From the NCBI RefSeq assembly GCF_009834535.1, contig NC_045698.1, positions 2,482,001-2,546,000 of the forward strand: a stretch of 64,000 nucleotides of DNA, read 5' to 3'. Positions 12,291 through 25,489 of this stretch are shown here, one piece after another. A program made the translations under genes and the position numbers. Positions within the stretch are counted from its first letter, which is position 1. Each line of letters starts with the position of its first letter. The stretch comes from Camelus ferus. Its lineage: Eukaryota. The notes under the pieces are model-generated. The model was not told where the DNA came from. It did not search any database and saw nothing but the letters and a program-made list of their open reading frames with translations.

Positions 12291-12487
12291 AGTTGCTGTG
12301 CAGCCCACGGAAGGCCTGGGACGACCCCGTGAGGACTCTGGAGCTGAGACAGATGTTCAGAATCGTCTCTGTTGGGGGCAGGGGGCCACATCTTTAGGGC
12401 CGAGGCAATCCCTGAGGACACTGCCCATCAGACTGGGGAGACATTTCTCCCTTTAAAACTCCTTCAAGGTGGGCCCCCCAGAGCTGC

Positions 12488-12842
12488 TGCTAGAGGCTGA
12501 ATGTCTGTGTCCCTCCAAAGCCCAGACACTGAAGCCCTGACCCCCAACACGGTGGCATTTGGAGGCAGGGCCTTGGGGGTGATAGGGTCATGAGGGGGGA
12601 GCCTCGTGACGGGAGTTGGGGGCCTCAGAACAGAGCCCCCGAGGGCTCCCTCGCCCTGTGAAGATCAGCGAGAAGATGCTGTCCACGAGCCAGGAACCAG
12701 GAAGGGGCCCGGCCAGACGTGGGCTCTGCCAGCACCTTCGCCCGGGACGTCCAGCCTCCAGGACGGTGAGAAACGCATGGCGGCCGCTTACAGGCCACGC
12801 AGCCTGGGTGTTTCGGTGGCAGCGTCCTCGCCGGACTAAGCC
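12488..12842 (+). mobile_element. MaLR solo LTR (MLT1A-like), GC-shifted
   Basis: Starts TGCTAGAGGCTGAATGTCTGTGTCCCTCCAAA, contains CCAGCCTCCAGGACGGTGAGAAA and ends GGACTAAG. Confidence 0.8.
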
Positions 12843-12962
12843 GGGGGCACGTCGGACTAGGAAGGCCTTGCAGAGGACCAGCGGGCCCGCGGACACAGTG
12901 CGCTGTTAGTCCCGCTCACGACAGGACAAGCTGCAGGAGGGCTGGATGGAGGCTGGCGCGCA

Positions 12963-13002
12963 TGTGTGTGTGTATCTGTGTGTGTGTGTCTGTGTGTGTG
13001 TG
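12963..13002. repeat. Interrupted (TG)n
   Basis: Directly visible. Confidence 0.9.
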
Positions 13003-13867
13003 CACGCCCAACCAGGACGGACCAGGCCCCCGTCCCGCGTGCGTTTTGTTGCTCTTTCTGCTTCTCCCTGTTTGCAACTTCCCAGCAAAGTCAGTCTCCC
13101 GGGGTGGCGGCCCAGCCCAGGCGACGGTCAGCGGTCTCGGGTGGCACCTCTGACACCCTCTGGGGGAGGAGGTGGAGGTGACAGGGCACTGCCAACGTGC
13201 ATCCGCTGAGGACGGAGGGCGAGCAAGAAGGGCAAGCGTACTTCTTAAAACGATTTCAGAGCCACGGAAGCGATCCCTGCTGCAGCCCCTCCCATTCAGA
13301 TTGCTTCAGGGGTGGGTTCTTACTCTGAGGGAAGCAGCTTCTGTTTTCCCTCCTGGTTCTTCCGTTTCTGAATGGCTGCTTGTCTGTATATTAAAGATGA
13401 TTCAAAGACCCTAATACGAGAAAGAATCAAGTTTGCACTCCGTCAGAAATCCATCCAAGCGTTTCTGAAGATTTCGCGTCTCCGACACCTGTAACCTGGG
13501 GGAGCCACCGTGCCTTTCAAAAATCGCTGGTCATCAGATGGTGCGCGCACCGGCTCAGCCCAGCCCCAGGACAGGGTCTTCGCAGGTCCTGGAAACAGTC
13601 CTGGGTCTGGGGGAAACCAAAGGGAGAAATAAATGCAAAGGCTCACCTGTCACCCTTTTGTGCGACCTAAGAATGGGCGAATCTGTGGGAGGAAGTTTCG
13701 GGTCTAATCAGCAAAGGCGCTGCGAGCCCGCAGTTAACTGAGCGTCTCCTGTGTGTGTCAGATGCTGTTTTAAGCCTGGCGGCTCTGCCAGGCCACCAGG
13801 ATGAGCCAGAGGGAAGAAGAAAACTGTGGACAGCAGGTGACTCAAAGGAAAGGAAGGGAACCCTGAG

Positions 13868-14330
13868 AGTTTAGTTCTCGGCACAGGCAGTGGTCACGCC
13901 TACATGGTTGTAAGTTCGCTGAATTAGCAAGTGCTGAGCGCCTGCTTGGGGACACCCAGGCTGAGGCTCCCAAGAGCCCCTGGTCACCTCGTCTCCATCA
14001 GTCCGTCAATACGTGGCCTTGCCGTGTGTCTGTTTCTGTTTGAAGGCACCATGTGTAATAGGTATGGCTGGTTCATTCGTACAGAACTGTTAGTACCTGA
14101 CGCGAGGCAGACCCTGTAAGCGGAGAAGACCCTCGCTCACAGTCTCAGAGCGTCGCCTTGCCCGACCTGGGGCTGCGTCCTTCCGGCAGCTCAAAGGCTT
14201 CCCCGCTCTGCACAGGCTCAGGTCTGCAAATGACCAGAGGCCCTGCGGGATTGGTTTGGGGCTTAAAAGTCGCTTCTAGTGAGTAAGCTAATTTGCAAAC
14301 GTAGAAACTGCCAATGATGTGGCTGGATTG
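13868..14330 (-). mobile_element. MER82-like TcMar-Tigger DNA transposon remnant
   Basis: CTGAATTAGCAAGTGCTGA, CAGAGCGTCGCCTTGCCCGACCT and GAGTAAGCTAATTTGCAAACGTAGAA match the reverse of the MER82 consensus as I recall it. Confidence 0.7.
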
Positions 14331-17300
14331 TGTAATGAGTGTCCAGGAGCAGACCGACGCCAGCGGGGATTCACTCTCACCCGTACCTGAAACCAGCCCC
14401 AGCAGGGCTGGGATGCTGGCAATTTCTGCTTTATTTGTTTTGAAAATCAGGTTTAAATGCAAAATTCTGTGTAGCTACACTTGGGGTGTCTGTGCCATGA
14501 TTTACTGGAGTTTGAGAAGATGTGTCTACATAAATTGTCAGGGCTACGTAATCGTCAGGAAGGAGGGAGGCGGTGAGCTGGACGGGGATGGACCCCACAC
14601 AGGTGTGCTCAGGGGATCCTGTGGTCCCCGAAACAGGACGCATATCAGGACTGCGAGGTGCTTCCGCAGTGTCTTGCTCACCCCTCGTTTTTCCAGGTGG
14701 ATACCGTGAGGGTCAAGACAGCATCATAGGAACTGAGGGCAGAGCCCTCTGGCAGTTTAATCACAGGCGCTGCGGGGAGCGCTGGGGAGGGCATGCCGTG
14801 TCCCTGCTCCCAGTTCAGTGCCTCGACCTCACCGCTCCTTCTCCGCTTCGGACGCCCCCTCAATTCGTGCTTGTTATTTTAAATAATGTTTAAAATCTCA
14901 AAGGTCTCCAGAGCAGTGAATGCCTTTCTGAACTAACTCCACATAGAATTTATTAGATGTAAATTGTGACTTTTCATATTTTACTAGAGGAAAATCAATG
15001 AAATGTCTTCCTTATTTATCAACTCATAATTTTTTTTTACTTTCCATTGATTTTATTTCTTATCTTTTCAAACCAAAGTAATGGTAAAATTACCAACTTT
15101 TAAATTGATTAACAGGAACACGTACATCATGAAACGTTAAAAGCAATTAGTTTGACAGTATCAAACATGAACTCAGCGTGAGAGATGCTTCTACAATTTT
15201 TTTAATACTAAAATAACATTTAAATTCTGAAAAATCTGCAAAGAAATATTGCAGGAAACTCAAAATTAGTCTTTTTTTAAAAAATTTTCACAAGGCAGAA
15301 ATATGCAACAATAATGAAAACCAAAAAATTAGAAAGACTGCATTTTAAAAACGCGTGAATGTATTTGACAGACACTTAAGCATGTGATGATGATATGAAG
15401 AGAAATAACACCTGAATCTTCTTTCTGAACACTCGCTTCTTAAGGAAGAGAGACTTGTAAACTTAAAAGCACGTATCTATTGAATACAAGCTTTAACAGA
15501 GAGAAAGAAGTAATTGTCTGGCAGCCCCAAACAGGTAGGCCAGCTGCACACAGTGACGCTGGTGCAAAGTTAGTTGCTTTAATTTTGGCTCAAGGCATAC
15601 ACCCTTCTATGACTTTGGGGTTGGTAAAACCTTCTGTAACTGCACGTAGGAAAGGATGTTAATTCTATTAATTGATAAAAATCAGTGTAACTGAATTTGG
15701 TCCCGTGCACCTTGTCTTGCTTGCATCTGTCTTCAGAACCACGCCTCCTCTGACTCCGTGCCTTTCCCGGGTTCCGCGCTTACAGGTCCGCGCTTGCCTG
15801 CATGTCCGCCCGCGAGATGGATCAGCGGGCCTCCCCGCTCTGCTGCGTAAGTCCTCGTCTCGGACGTTTTACTTCGTCCTCACACAGAATTGCTTGCACG
15901 TCAGTTCCCTGGTCCTCGCCGTGTGTATGGAAACAATTCAGTAGCCTGGGAGACGGCAGACACGGAAAACTACACAGGCTGCAGCGAGCTGCCTTGGTCG
16001 CCACTGAAATTCCCCTAAATGGGTCACCCCCCGGGATCTGCTTCCTCGGCCGTGGGCTCCGTCACGTGGGCCATAAGACCCTCAGTTCTTTCGGAACTCG
16101 GGCAGACGCTGCGGCTGGGACGTGGCTCGCCGCCCTCGCACTGTGTCCCGCTCCAGGTCGGGGGCACTTTCCCAAGCAGAGCGTGGGGCAGCGCCAGGTC
16201 TCCTCGCCCCCGCGGCCTCTGACAGCAGGGACCCGTCCCCAGCTCGCTCAGAGAGACGCAGGGCTCTTCCCTGCTCGCTCACAGCACAATGCATCCAAAA
16301 GAGGCTTCAGGATAATAAACGGTCAGTGGCTGGACCCCCAGTGACTCTGAGGGAAGCCCTGGATGTGCATAGATCACCCCGTGGAGCCCGACTCGGGCTC
16401 CGGGAGCGTCTGGGCCTGAGCACATCACAGCCCTGATGAACCAGGCCCATCTGCTCAGGGAATTCCGAACAGAACGGGGGACAGGGGACGTGCAGCCAGT
16501 GTGTGTGGCTGCATGGCTCTTAGGAGGCAGAAGAGAGGGAAACTTCAGCTCACCTTGCTGGGTGGGAAGGGGTGCGTTCTTTTTCTTCTTATAACTCCTG
16601 GAACAAAGCAATGACCTTGTTGACCCAAATGTGAAATGAACTTAACAGCCTTTGATGTCAGAGTTGAGGGACGCCTGCGGCGTCAAGTCGCATAAGTGTA
16701 AAATTCCAAGGCCGAGTTCTGAACTTTAGCGGCGCCCCACGCAGGACTCGTAAAGCGGGTCAGCTGCTCGAAGGCTTTTGTGAGGTTCATGCCATTGCCC
16801 AGCCCTCGGTGAGGCGGGAGGCCACTTGGTTTCCGTCCAAGCTCAGTGAAAGCTGGTTCTCGTCTTCTGTCTCCCCGCTGCCTGGGTCCCAGGACCAAAC
16901 ACTTCAAACCCAGAAAAGAAGTGAGACGGGGGAAGCTGGCGTTTCCAGTTAAGGAGACAGTGTCCCTAGCGGGGCACACAGAACCCCAAGGAAACTGAGC
17001 GAACCGGAGAATGACATGGCGGGCTGCAGGGCCGCTCCCTGCAAGGAGGCTGGGTCTGGAGTGGATTCACAGCACGCCGGGCGGGAGGGCATGTGATTTG
17101 GCCAGGTTCCTTTGGCCAAGAAATGTCCTGTTAAGATGAAGTTCCTGACTCTGAGACTGAGATTTCCCACTTCAGCTGATTTTGTTCGCATGGAAAGGCC
17201 TCTCTTTAATCACACCAGGGCTTCTCTTTTCTTCGTAAGCTGCTCAGTTCTGTACGGATGTTGATGTTCTTAAAGGCCTTTGTGGTTGCTTTTCCTTTTC

Positions 17301-18054
17301 CAAAGCAGCATTAAGTGAGCGCTTGGAAGAGACCAGGCGTTCCCCTTGGTGCCTGCTTAGCGTGGCCCCTCTCCCGTCACTGATGGCTCTGATTTTTGAA
17401 TGAGGTTATAAAGTTTTGTCCCAAAGGTAATCTTACAAGTTGAACATCATTTTATTTGTTGTTTTCTCCACTGCATTCTTTGTTTGTTTGTTTGTCTTTC
17501 TTCCTGGCGTCCTCGTAGAGAGGTGTGCCACTGTCTTTGTTCAGTCTGGACCTTAGAGAACGTGCACTGACTAAACGTGCCTGGGATGCATAGCGGTCAA
17601 GGCGCCTCCTGGCGGCTGTCCTTTAAATCTCACAGCCCTTCTGAGAAAATACTGAATGGCCATCTTTTCCCTGGCTTTTTATTCAATAGTTAAGATTCCT
17701 TCTCTTTTCTCTAAGTGGGGAGAAAAGAGCTAATGTTCCTACTTACAGCCCCCATTTGAGAAATCAGTCCCTTGCGTTTACGTGTGAAGGCTTAAGCAGC
17801 CCGCCGGCGTACGTGTGCACCTGACGTCCAGCACTCAAACGACATACTTTGTGGCGCTGAGACTTAACTCAGCGGGGGGAGGATGGAGGATTGATATTGG
17901 GCCAGACATCAACATGGGCTTGGGGGGCCTCCAGCTGTCGGGGTGCAGGAAGGAGGCAGAAAGCACACAGTATCAGAAACTGTCAGTTATGCTGGAGCAC
18001 AGGCACCTGGGGGACTGGCTGGGAAGGGGAGATGAGAGCTTTAAACATATGTGG

Positions 18055-18363
18055 AATCTGAAAAAAAAAACATAAATACAAAATAGAAACAGACTCATAG
18101 ATGCAGAATACAAACTTGTGGTTGCCAAGGGGGCGGGGGTGGGAAGGGACAGACTGGGATTTCAGAATGCAGAATAGATAAACAAGATCGCACTGTGTAG
18201 CACAGGGAAATATATACAAGATCTTGTGGTCGCTCATAGTGAAAAAATATGTGACAATGAATATGTGTATGTTCACGTATAACTGAGAAATTGTGCCCTA
18301 CACTGGAATCTGACACAACATTGTAAAATGACTATAACTCAATACAGAAAATGTTTTAAAAAC
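18055..18363 (+). mobile_element. Young L1 3' UTR insertion with TSD
   Basis: GGAATCTGAAAA...GACTATAACTCAATA. Flanks AAACATATGTGG (18043-18054) and AAGAATATGTGG (18364-18375), preceded by TTT/AAA. Confidence 0.9.
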
Positions 18364-20939
18364 AAGAATATGTGGGCAGAGGATACAGGAGCGGCCCTGG
18401 CTCGAGGGCTGAAGGTGGAGCGCGGTGAACGGGCGAGTCTGGAAGGGGACCACGCGCGGGGCCGGGTCCAGGCCTGGGGGGAGGGGCTGTGGCTGTGGCG
18501 CAAGGGGTTGGAGGGGAATGTTTAGGGGGCTCAGTCGGTCTTCACATTCCGGATGTCGGGGGAGCCATCGGAAGGGAGGGGCTGAGCTTCAGAACTCCTG
18601 GCTGCCCGTGGGATGCCCGCAGGATGTCCCCTGGGCAGCTGGCCACGCTCACAGCAAGCGCTCAGAGTTGCAGACGCTGTGCCCGCCGCAAGGGCACGCA
18701 GAGAGAGGCGCCCCAGCAGAGGGGAGAGGAGCTCCTTCCTTCTGCCGTGTCCTTCCTGCACTTGCTACGGATGAAGCTGACCATTGTGCCAAGTGGAAAA
18801 TGAGATATATTTATAGGCCCCTCGTCCATGGCCACTGAGCAGGCAGTGAAGGCTGGGCTTGGACCTGAGACTGAATGGTGACTGCCCTCTATTACTGCCC
18901 CACTGTCTGGGAGAGGACGTGGCAGGGATCGCACAGAGACCCCCTCCCCCGGCACCATGGGAATCTTGGCTTTGGACTTCAGCATTAAGACAAGCCCAAG
19001 TCCTGCATCACATGTCAAGGTCGCAGTGACCTTTGTTTTAAAGTAGATTAATAGGCACGCACGTGTAAGAGTAATCTGTATATGAGCAGTATGGGGCCAT
19101 TTGGAGAAACGTCTGTAAACATTTTACTTGCTCAGTTATGAATGAACGTTGAATCTTTCCAGCCATGGGGTTTACATGTAAAGCAGTCTGGGAGCTGGCT
19201 GTAGCACGCAGCCACAGGGGGCTACCCCAGCGTGCCAGGAAGTATTGTGAGTTCATGTGGCTGTAATCATAAAAGCCAACACGCTGACGGACTGGGGAGA
19301 TTAACCAAAGTAAACCCCATTGTCCAAGATACGATGGACTTCTAGGGATGAAAGACAACAGGAGACAAGATCAGAGATATTCTCATTAAAACAAGATTGC
19401 AACCCACATTCGTTTCAGGAAAGCACCTCAGGGCTATCACACCCGCACGAGTTGTGAGCCCTTGGCTTGTACCAAACTGGAGAGAAGAGACTCCCCCAAA
19501 CAGCCCGACTGAGGAACTAGCATTGAGCTAAAATAACCAACTAAAATCTCTAACAATGATGGGGAGTATGAAGTGGTCACCAGTCTTTAAACCACAAACT
19601 TGTAATCTGAAGAGAAGCTCTAACGCGTTCGTCCCTGAAGACTCCGCGAAGGCTGACGTTTCACTTCAGTCTGACTTACGACGTACACAACATTATGGGT
19701 CTGGAGGCACCAATTATGGGGCCCATTTTAGGCTGCGTGACCCTCGGCAGTGTTGAGAGCGTCACCTATTTTTTCCCGCTTCGTCGTCTGCCAGGCCTCC
19801 TGCCCCCTCCCAGCTGGTTACCCAGGGGTGTGTCCCACTCAGAGTCCGTGACCAGACCTGCCACCACACTGGCACCGGTGACCACATCCAGGGCCAGGTG
19901 ATGCCGGGGCAGCGTCAGACAGCGGTGATGATGCGTCTCTGATTTACCTGCTGCCTGATGCATTTACCTACTGTGATTTAATTAGAGGAATTGAGTTATA
20001 CTTGGATTCTATTCTCAGAAATAAAACTGGAAAATGTCAGGCAGCAGCAAAAAGCCAGCAGCTGTGTTCATGGTGGGAGAGGAGAGCTTTCCAAGACATC
20101 GTAGCTCTTAGAGGCTCTGTCTTCACTTGGGGGACGGGTCTGCTCCGTCGCCTCTCAATCCTGAAGCCGACAGACGGCACCGCGGAGGATCAAGGCACAA
20201 GGGGACTAGGGAGGTCACCTGGCCCTGCGTAGGCGACCTTCCAGCAGTGTCCCGGCCTGGAGTTTGCTCCCCGTTAGGGACCCACCAGTTGTCTTCTCCA
20301 GCAATAATCCTGTTGCCTAAACTGAGTTGTGAGGAGGCTGATGGAGATTTGCCCATTAACTGAGGATGAGAAAAACTTGAATTTTTAACTAAAACCTTCC
20401 TAGCTCAGGGCTTCCAGAACATTTTGGATCCATAAACTCCTTTTGCAGTAACATCTAATGAATCCCCTTAGGAATTTCCTTTAAGCATTCCATCTGTTAC
20501 CTGGATGGACCGAGATGATCACATTAAGTGATAGAGTCGAGTCTGTGGCAATGGTTAAGATTTACAGGTAGATGGTCGTGTTTCCCATTTAACAAGTACA
20601 CATGCTTCTTAGTTTGTTTTTATTTTAAATTAACTATTTATGCGTTAATCTGTCAATAATTAGGCGGAGAGTGACATCTTGTTTAATTGATATCAAATGA
20701 TACTAAGAAATAGATGTACTTTTTCTGAAGCTTTAATTTTGTTTGATTGCACTTTTCCATCAGTGTATACGAAATTCACTAAACCAGAGAGGATTTCACA
20801 ATGTTTGCAAGATGCAGGAAATACACAAATGAGAACAATTCCACAGAAGGTGTTTATATACAAGTGTTAGGCATTATGTTTACATGCCAAGTTACATCTA
20901 CTTTCTTTCTTTCCTGTTTTATTAAAAATATTTTAAACC

Positions 20940-21870
20940 CCTTTATTGCGAGGTGTGAGTGATACAGAAAAAAACTATGTATTTAATGTACACAACTTGA
21001 TGAGTTTCGCGATGTGTACACCTGTGAACCATGACCACAACTTACGACAGACACCCATCCCTTACCTTCATCTTCAAAGGTTCCTCCCACCCATTCGTGT
21101 ATCTGTTTATGTCTACTGTAAGAGCACTTAACACATGATCTTAGCAAATTTTAAGAATATGCACAACACACTATTGTAGTTATAGACACTTTGCAGCACA
21201 TTAGATCTCTAGGACTTACTCCTCCAGCGTAGCTGACTTTGCACCCTGACTAACACTTCCCCATTGCCCCTCAACCCCTGGCAGCCACTCTCTGCTTCTA
21301 TGAGTTTGACTATTTTAGATTCTTCATACGAATGGAATCACGTAGTATTTGACATTTCTGCAAAGAAGACATACAGATGGCCGCAAGTTATATGAAAATG
21401 TGCTTAATATAATTAATCATTGGGAAATACAAATCACCAGTTAAGGTAGCTGTTATAAAACAGAAACAAAGATGGCATGGTGATGATGATGTGGAGAAAA
21501 GGGAACCCTTGTGCACAGTTGGTGGGAAAGGACGCAGCCACTATGGAAAACTGTATAGTGTTTCCTCAAAAAATTAAAAACAGAACTACCATAGGATCCA
21601 GCAATTCCACTCCTGGGTGCATACCTGAAGGAAATGAATTCAGTATCTCAAAGGGAAATCTGAACTCCCATGTTCATTGTAGCATTTTTTCACAATAGCC
21701 AAAACATGAAAGCAATTTAAATGTCTGATAATGAATGAATGAATGGATGAAAAAAATATGGTATATACACACAGTGGAATATCATTCAGCTTAAAAAAGG
21801 GAAATCCTGCTATTTGCAAAGACATAGAATGAACTTGGACATTATGTTAAGTGAAATAAGCCAGACACAA
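20940..21870. mobile_element. L1MA-like element with 5' inversion (3' part on minus 20940-21350; inverted part on plus 21351-21870)
   Basis: The minus part stops at ...TAGTATTTG and the plus part stops at ...GTGAAATAAGCCAGACACAA; these two points are nearly adjacent in L1 3' UTR consensus. Confidence 0.8.
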
Positions 21871-21885
21871 AGTATATAGATGAAC

Positions 21886-23636
21886 TTTTTCTTTTTTTTC
21901 TTATTGAAGTATAGAATTTACCACGTTGTGTTAGTTAGGTGTACAGTAAACTGAGTCAGTTTTTTATATACACATATATATGTAATTTTTTGGATTCTTT
22001 CCATGATAGATTATTATAAGATACTGAATACAGTTCCCTGTGCTATATAGCAGGGCCTTGTTGTTTATCTATTTTATATAGGACTGTGTATATGTTAATT
22101 CCATACTCCTAATTTATCCCTCCCCCACCCCACCTCTTTCCCCTTTGTTTTCTATGTCTGAGTCTGTTTTTGTTTTTTGAATAAATTTATTTATAACATT
22201 TCTTTAGATTCAACATATCAGTGATATCATATGATATCTGTCTTTCTCTGTATGACTTACTTCACTTAATGTGATAATCTCTAGGTCCATCCATGTTGCT
22301 GCAAATGGCATTATTTCATTCTTTTTTATGGCTGAGTAGTATTCCATTGTATAAATATATCACAATTTCTTTATCCAGTTGTCTGTCAGTTGACATTTAT
22401 GTTGCTTCCACGTCTTGGCTGCTGTAAGTAGTGCTGCTGTGAACACTGAGGTGAAGGTGTCTTTTCTAGAGTTTCCTCTAGATTTATGCCCAGGAGTAAG
22501 ATTGTTGGATTATATGGTAAGTCTATTTTTAGTTTTTTAAGGAATCTCCATGCTGTTATCCTTTGTGGCTGCACCAATTTACATTCCCACCAACAGTGTA
22601 GGGGGGCTCCTTTTTCTCCATACCTTCTCCAACATTTATTATTTATACATTTTTTTATGATGGTCATTCTGACCAGAGTGAGGGGATACCTCACTGTAGC
22701 TTTGATTTGCATTTCTCTAATAATCAGCAATATTGAGCTTCTTTTCACATGCCTGTTGGCCATCTATATGTGGAGAAATGTCTATTTAGGATTTCTGCCC
22801 ATTTTTTTATTGAGTTTTTAAAAAAATATTAAGCTGAATGAGCTGTTTGTATATTTTGGAAATTAATCCCTTATGGGTAGCATTATTTGCAATTTTTTTC
22901 CCAGTCCATAGGTTATCTTTTCATTTTGTTTATGGTTTCCTTTGCTGTGCAAAGCTTTTAAGCTTAATTAGGTCTCATTTGTTTATTTTTGTTTTTATCT
23001 CCATTACTCTTAAGAGACAGATACAAAAAAATATTGCTGCAATTTATGTCAAAGAGTGTTCTGCCTGTGTTTTCCACTAGGAGTTTTATAGTATCTGGTC
23101 TTACATTTGGGTCTTTAATTGATTTTGAGTTTATTTTTGTATATGGTTTTAGAGTGTTCTAATTTCATTCTTTTATGTATAGCTGTCCACTTTTCCCAGC
23201 ACCATTTATTGAAGAGACTGTCTTTTCTCCATTGCACATTCTTGCTTTCTCTGTCATAGATTAATTGACCATTAGTGTATGGGTTTATGTCTGGGCTGTC
23301 TATCCTGTCCCATTGATTTATACGTGTAGTTTTGTGCCAGTACCTTACTGTTTGATTACTGTAGCTTTGTAGTATAATTTGAGGTCAAGGAGCCTGAACC
23401 CTCCAGCTCCATTCTCCTTTCTCAAGATTGTTTTCACTATTTTGTGTTTCCATACAGATTTAAGCATTTTCTGTTCTAGTCCTGTGAAAAATGTCATTGG
23501 TAATTTGATAGAGATTGCACTTGAATCTGTAGATTGCCTTGGGTAGTGTGGCCATTTTAATAATATTGATTCTTCCAATTCAAGAACATGATATATCTTT
23601 CCATCTGTTTGTGTTGTCTTCAATTTATTTCAAGGT
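21886..23636 (-). mobile_element. 5'-truncated L1 (about 1.75 kb; degenerate ORF2 3' part plus 3' UTR)
   Basis: ORF 22386-22763 translates to MANRHVKR...LIIREMQIKATVRYPLTLVRM...HCWWECKLVQP (ORF2p cysteine-rich C-terminus). Exact 11-bp TSD TATAGATGAAC at 21875-21885 and 23637-23647. Confidence 0.95.
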
Positions 23637-24194
23637 TATAGATGAACATTAAGTATAAGTTATGATAGCAAAGATATATAAAACTTACTATCATATCCTG
23701 CTATATGAAGTCTCTGCATGATTCACTTTTAATAACCTTTGTATTATTTCCAATTGTGATATACAAGGAGATTCATTCATTAATTGCAATTATTCCTGTT
23801 GCACATTTCAGGTGTGATTCAAATTTTGTCTCAATAAACTAAAAAAGCAAATTGGGTATAATAATGATTGTAATTTTCCTCACATTGTTTAAAGTATTAA
23901 AACAATCTTGTTTAAATGTGCATTTGCAAAAGTCAATACTTTCATCTGACTATGCTTTGGGTGTTTTTCTCACCCTGGTAAATGCAATGCAAATTCTCAT
24001 CTTCTTTTAGTTCAAAAAAGTTTTCTTCCAGATTATCACATTAAGTTGGTTCTTTCACTTTGTTTTTTTAGCCTTTTTAGGAATACATTTTACCAATATA
24101 TTGATCTTGGTCTCTGCTCTTCACATGTCTTCTTTCTCTCTGAGAATTTTAATCATTTTGCAAATTTATTCTGCTTTCTTTTTTTCATGATTTT

Positions 24195-25027
24195 TTCTTT
24201 TTTTTTAAATTTTATTTTATTGAGTTGTAGTCAGTTAACAATGTGTCAGTTTCCAGTGTAGAGCACAATTTTTCAGTTATATGTGAACATACATATATTC
24301 ATTGTCACATACTTTTTCATCGTGAGCCACCACAAGATCTTGTATACATTTCCTAGTGCTATACAGTATAATCTTGTTCATCTATTCTATATATGCCTGT
24401 CAGTATCTACAAATTTCAAACTCCTAGTCTGTCCCTTCCCACCCACCTCCCCACTGGCAACCACAAGTTTGTATTCTGTCTGTGACCTCACACCATCATT
24501 TAATAGCCATCATTCAAAAGTCCACAAATGACAAATGCTGGAGAGGCTGTGGAGAAAAGGGAATCCTCCTACACAGCTGTTGGGAATGAAGTTTGGTGCA
24601 GCCACTGTTAAAAACAGTACAGAGATTTCTTAAGAAACTAGGAATAGGCCTATCATATGACCTAGTCATCCTATTCCTGGGCATATGTCCAGAAGGAACC
24701 CTACTTCAAAAAGACACCTGCACCCCAATGTTCATAGCAGCACTATTTACAATAGCCAAGACATGGAAACACCCTAAATGTCCATCAACAGATGACTGGA
24801 TAAAGAAGATGTGGTGTATTTATGCAATGGAATACTATTCAGCCATAAAAATGACAACATAACGACATTTGCAGCAACATGGATGCTCCTGGAGAATGTC
24901 ATTCTAAGTGAAGTAAGCCAGAAAGAGAAAGAAAAATACCATATGACATTGCTCATATGTGGAATCTAAAAATAAAAAAAGAAAGAAAGAAAAGAAAAAG
25001 ACAAATGAACATAAATACAAAACAGAA
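24195..25027. mobile_element. Young L1 with 5' inversion (3' end on minus about 24195-24485; inverted part on plus 24486-25027)
   Basis: The plus part encodes [17 protein letters not shown]...KDTCTPMFIAALFTIAKTWKHPKCPSTDDWIKKMW (end of ORF2) and stops at ...AATACAAAACAGAA. The minus part resumes at TCACAGAC... Confidence 0.9.
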
Positions 25028-25489
25028 TTGATTCTACTTTCTAAAACTTGTCATTAATAGCACTGATTCTCTTTCCCTTGGTTGATTCAGATCTGTAATC
25101 ACCTTAGTATTATACTCTCCAATTTTTATATTCCTGATTTTTTCTTTAGTTCTTCTAGCCATTTTAATCTCAGTCTGTTGTCTTATCCTGACACTTTTTA
25201 TAGAATCCATTTTTTTGAAAATACAAATAATTTTAACAAATGCCTATTCCTTTATTTGCTATTTTACAAAATATTTACACTCTGTCTACAACTGTGTTCA
25301 TTTCTCCTTTTTGTGGAGTTTTACATCTTTGAATGGGGTGGGTTTCATGCTGGCCAGGCAGCTCTTCCTTGTGTGGGTGTGTTGTGTCAGGCTCTTCTCT
25401 CTCTGACAAAGTGTATGTCTGTCATATCAAAACCTACTTATAGTTCTGTAGGACTGTCCTTAACAGCTTATTCATTTTACTCTCTTAAG

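Noticed and set aside
22386..24862. ORFs resembling L1 ORF2p
   Set aside because: Frameshifted, truncated retrotransposon remnants; not host genes or active elements.
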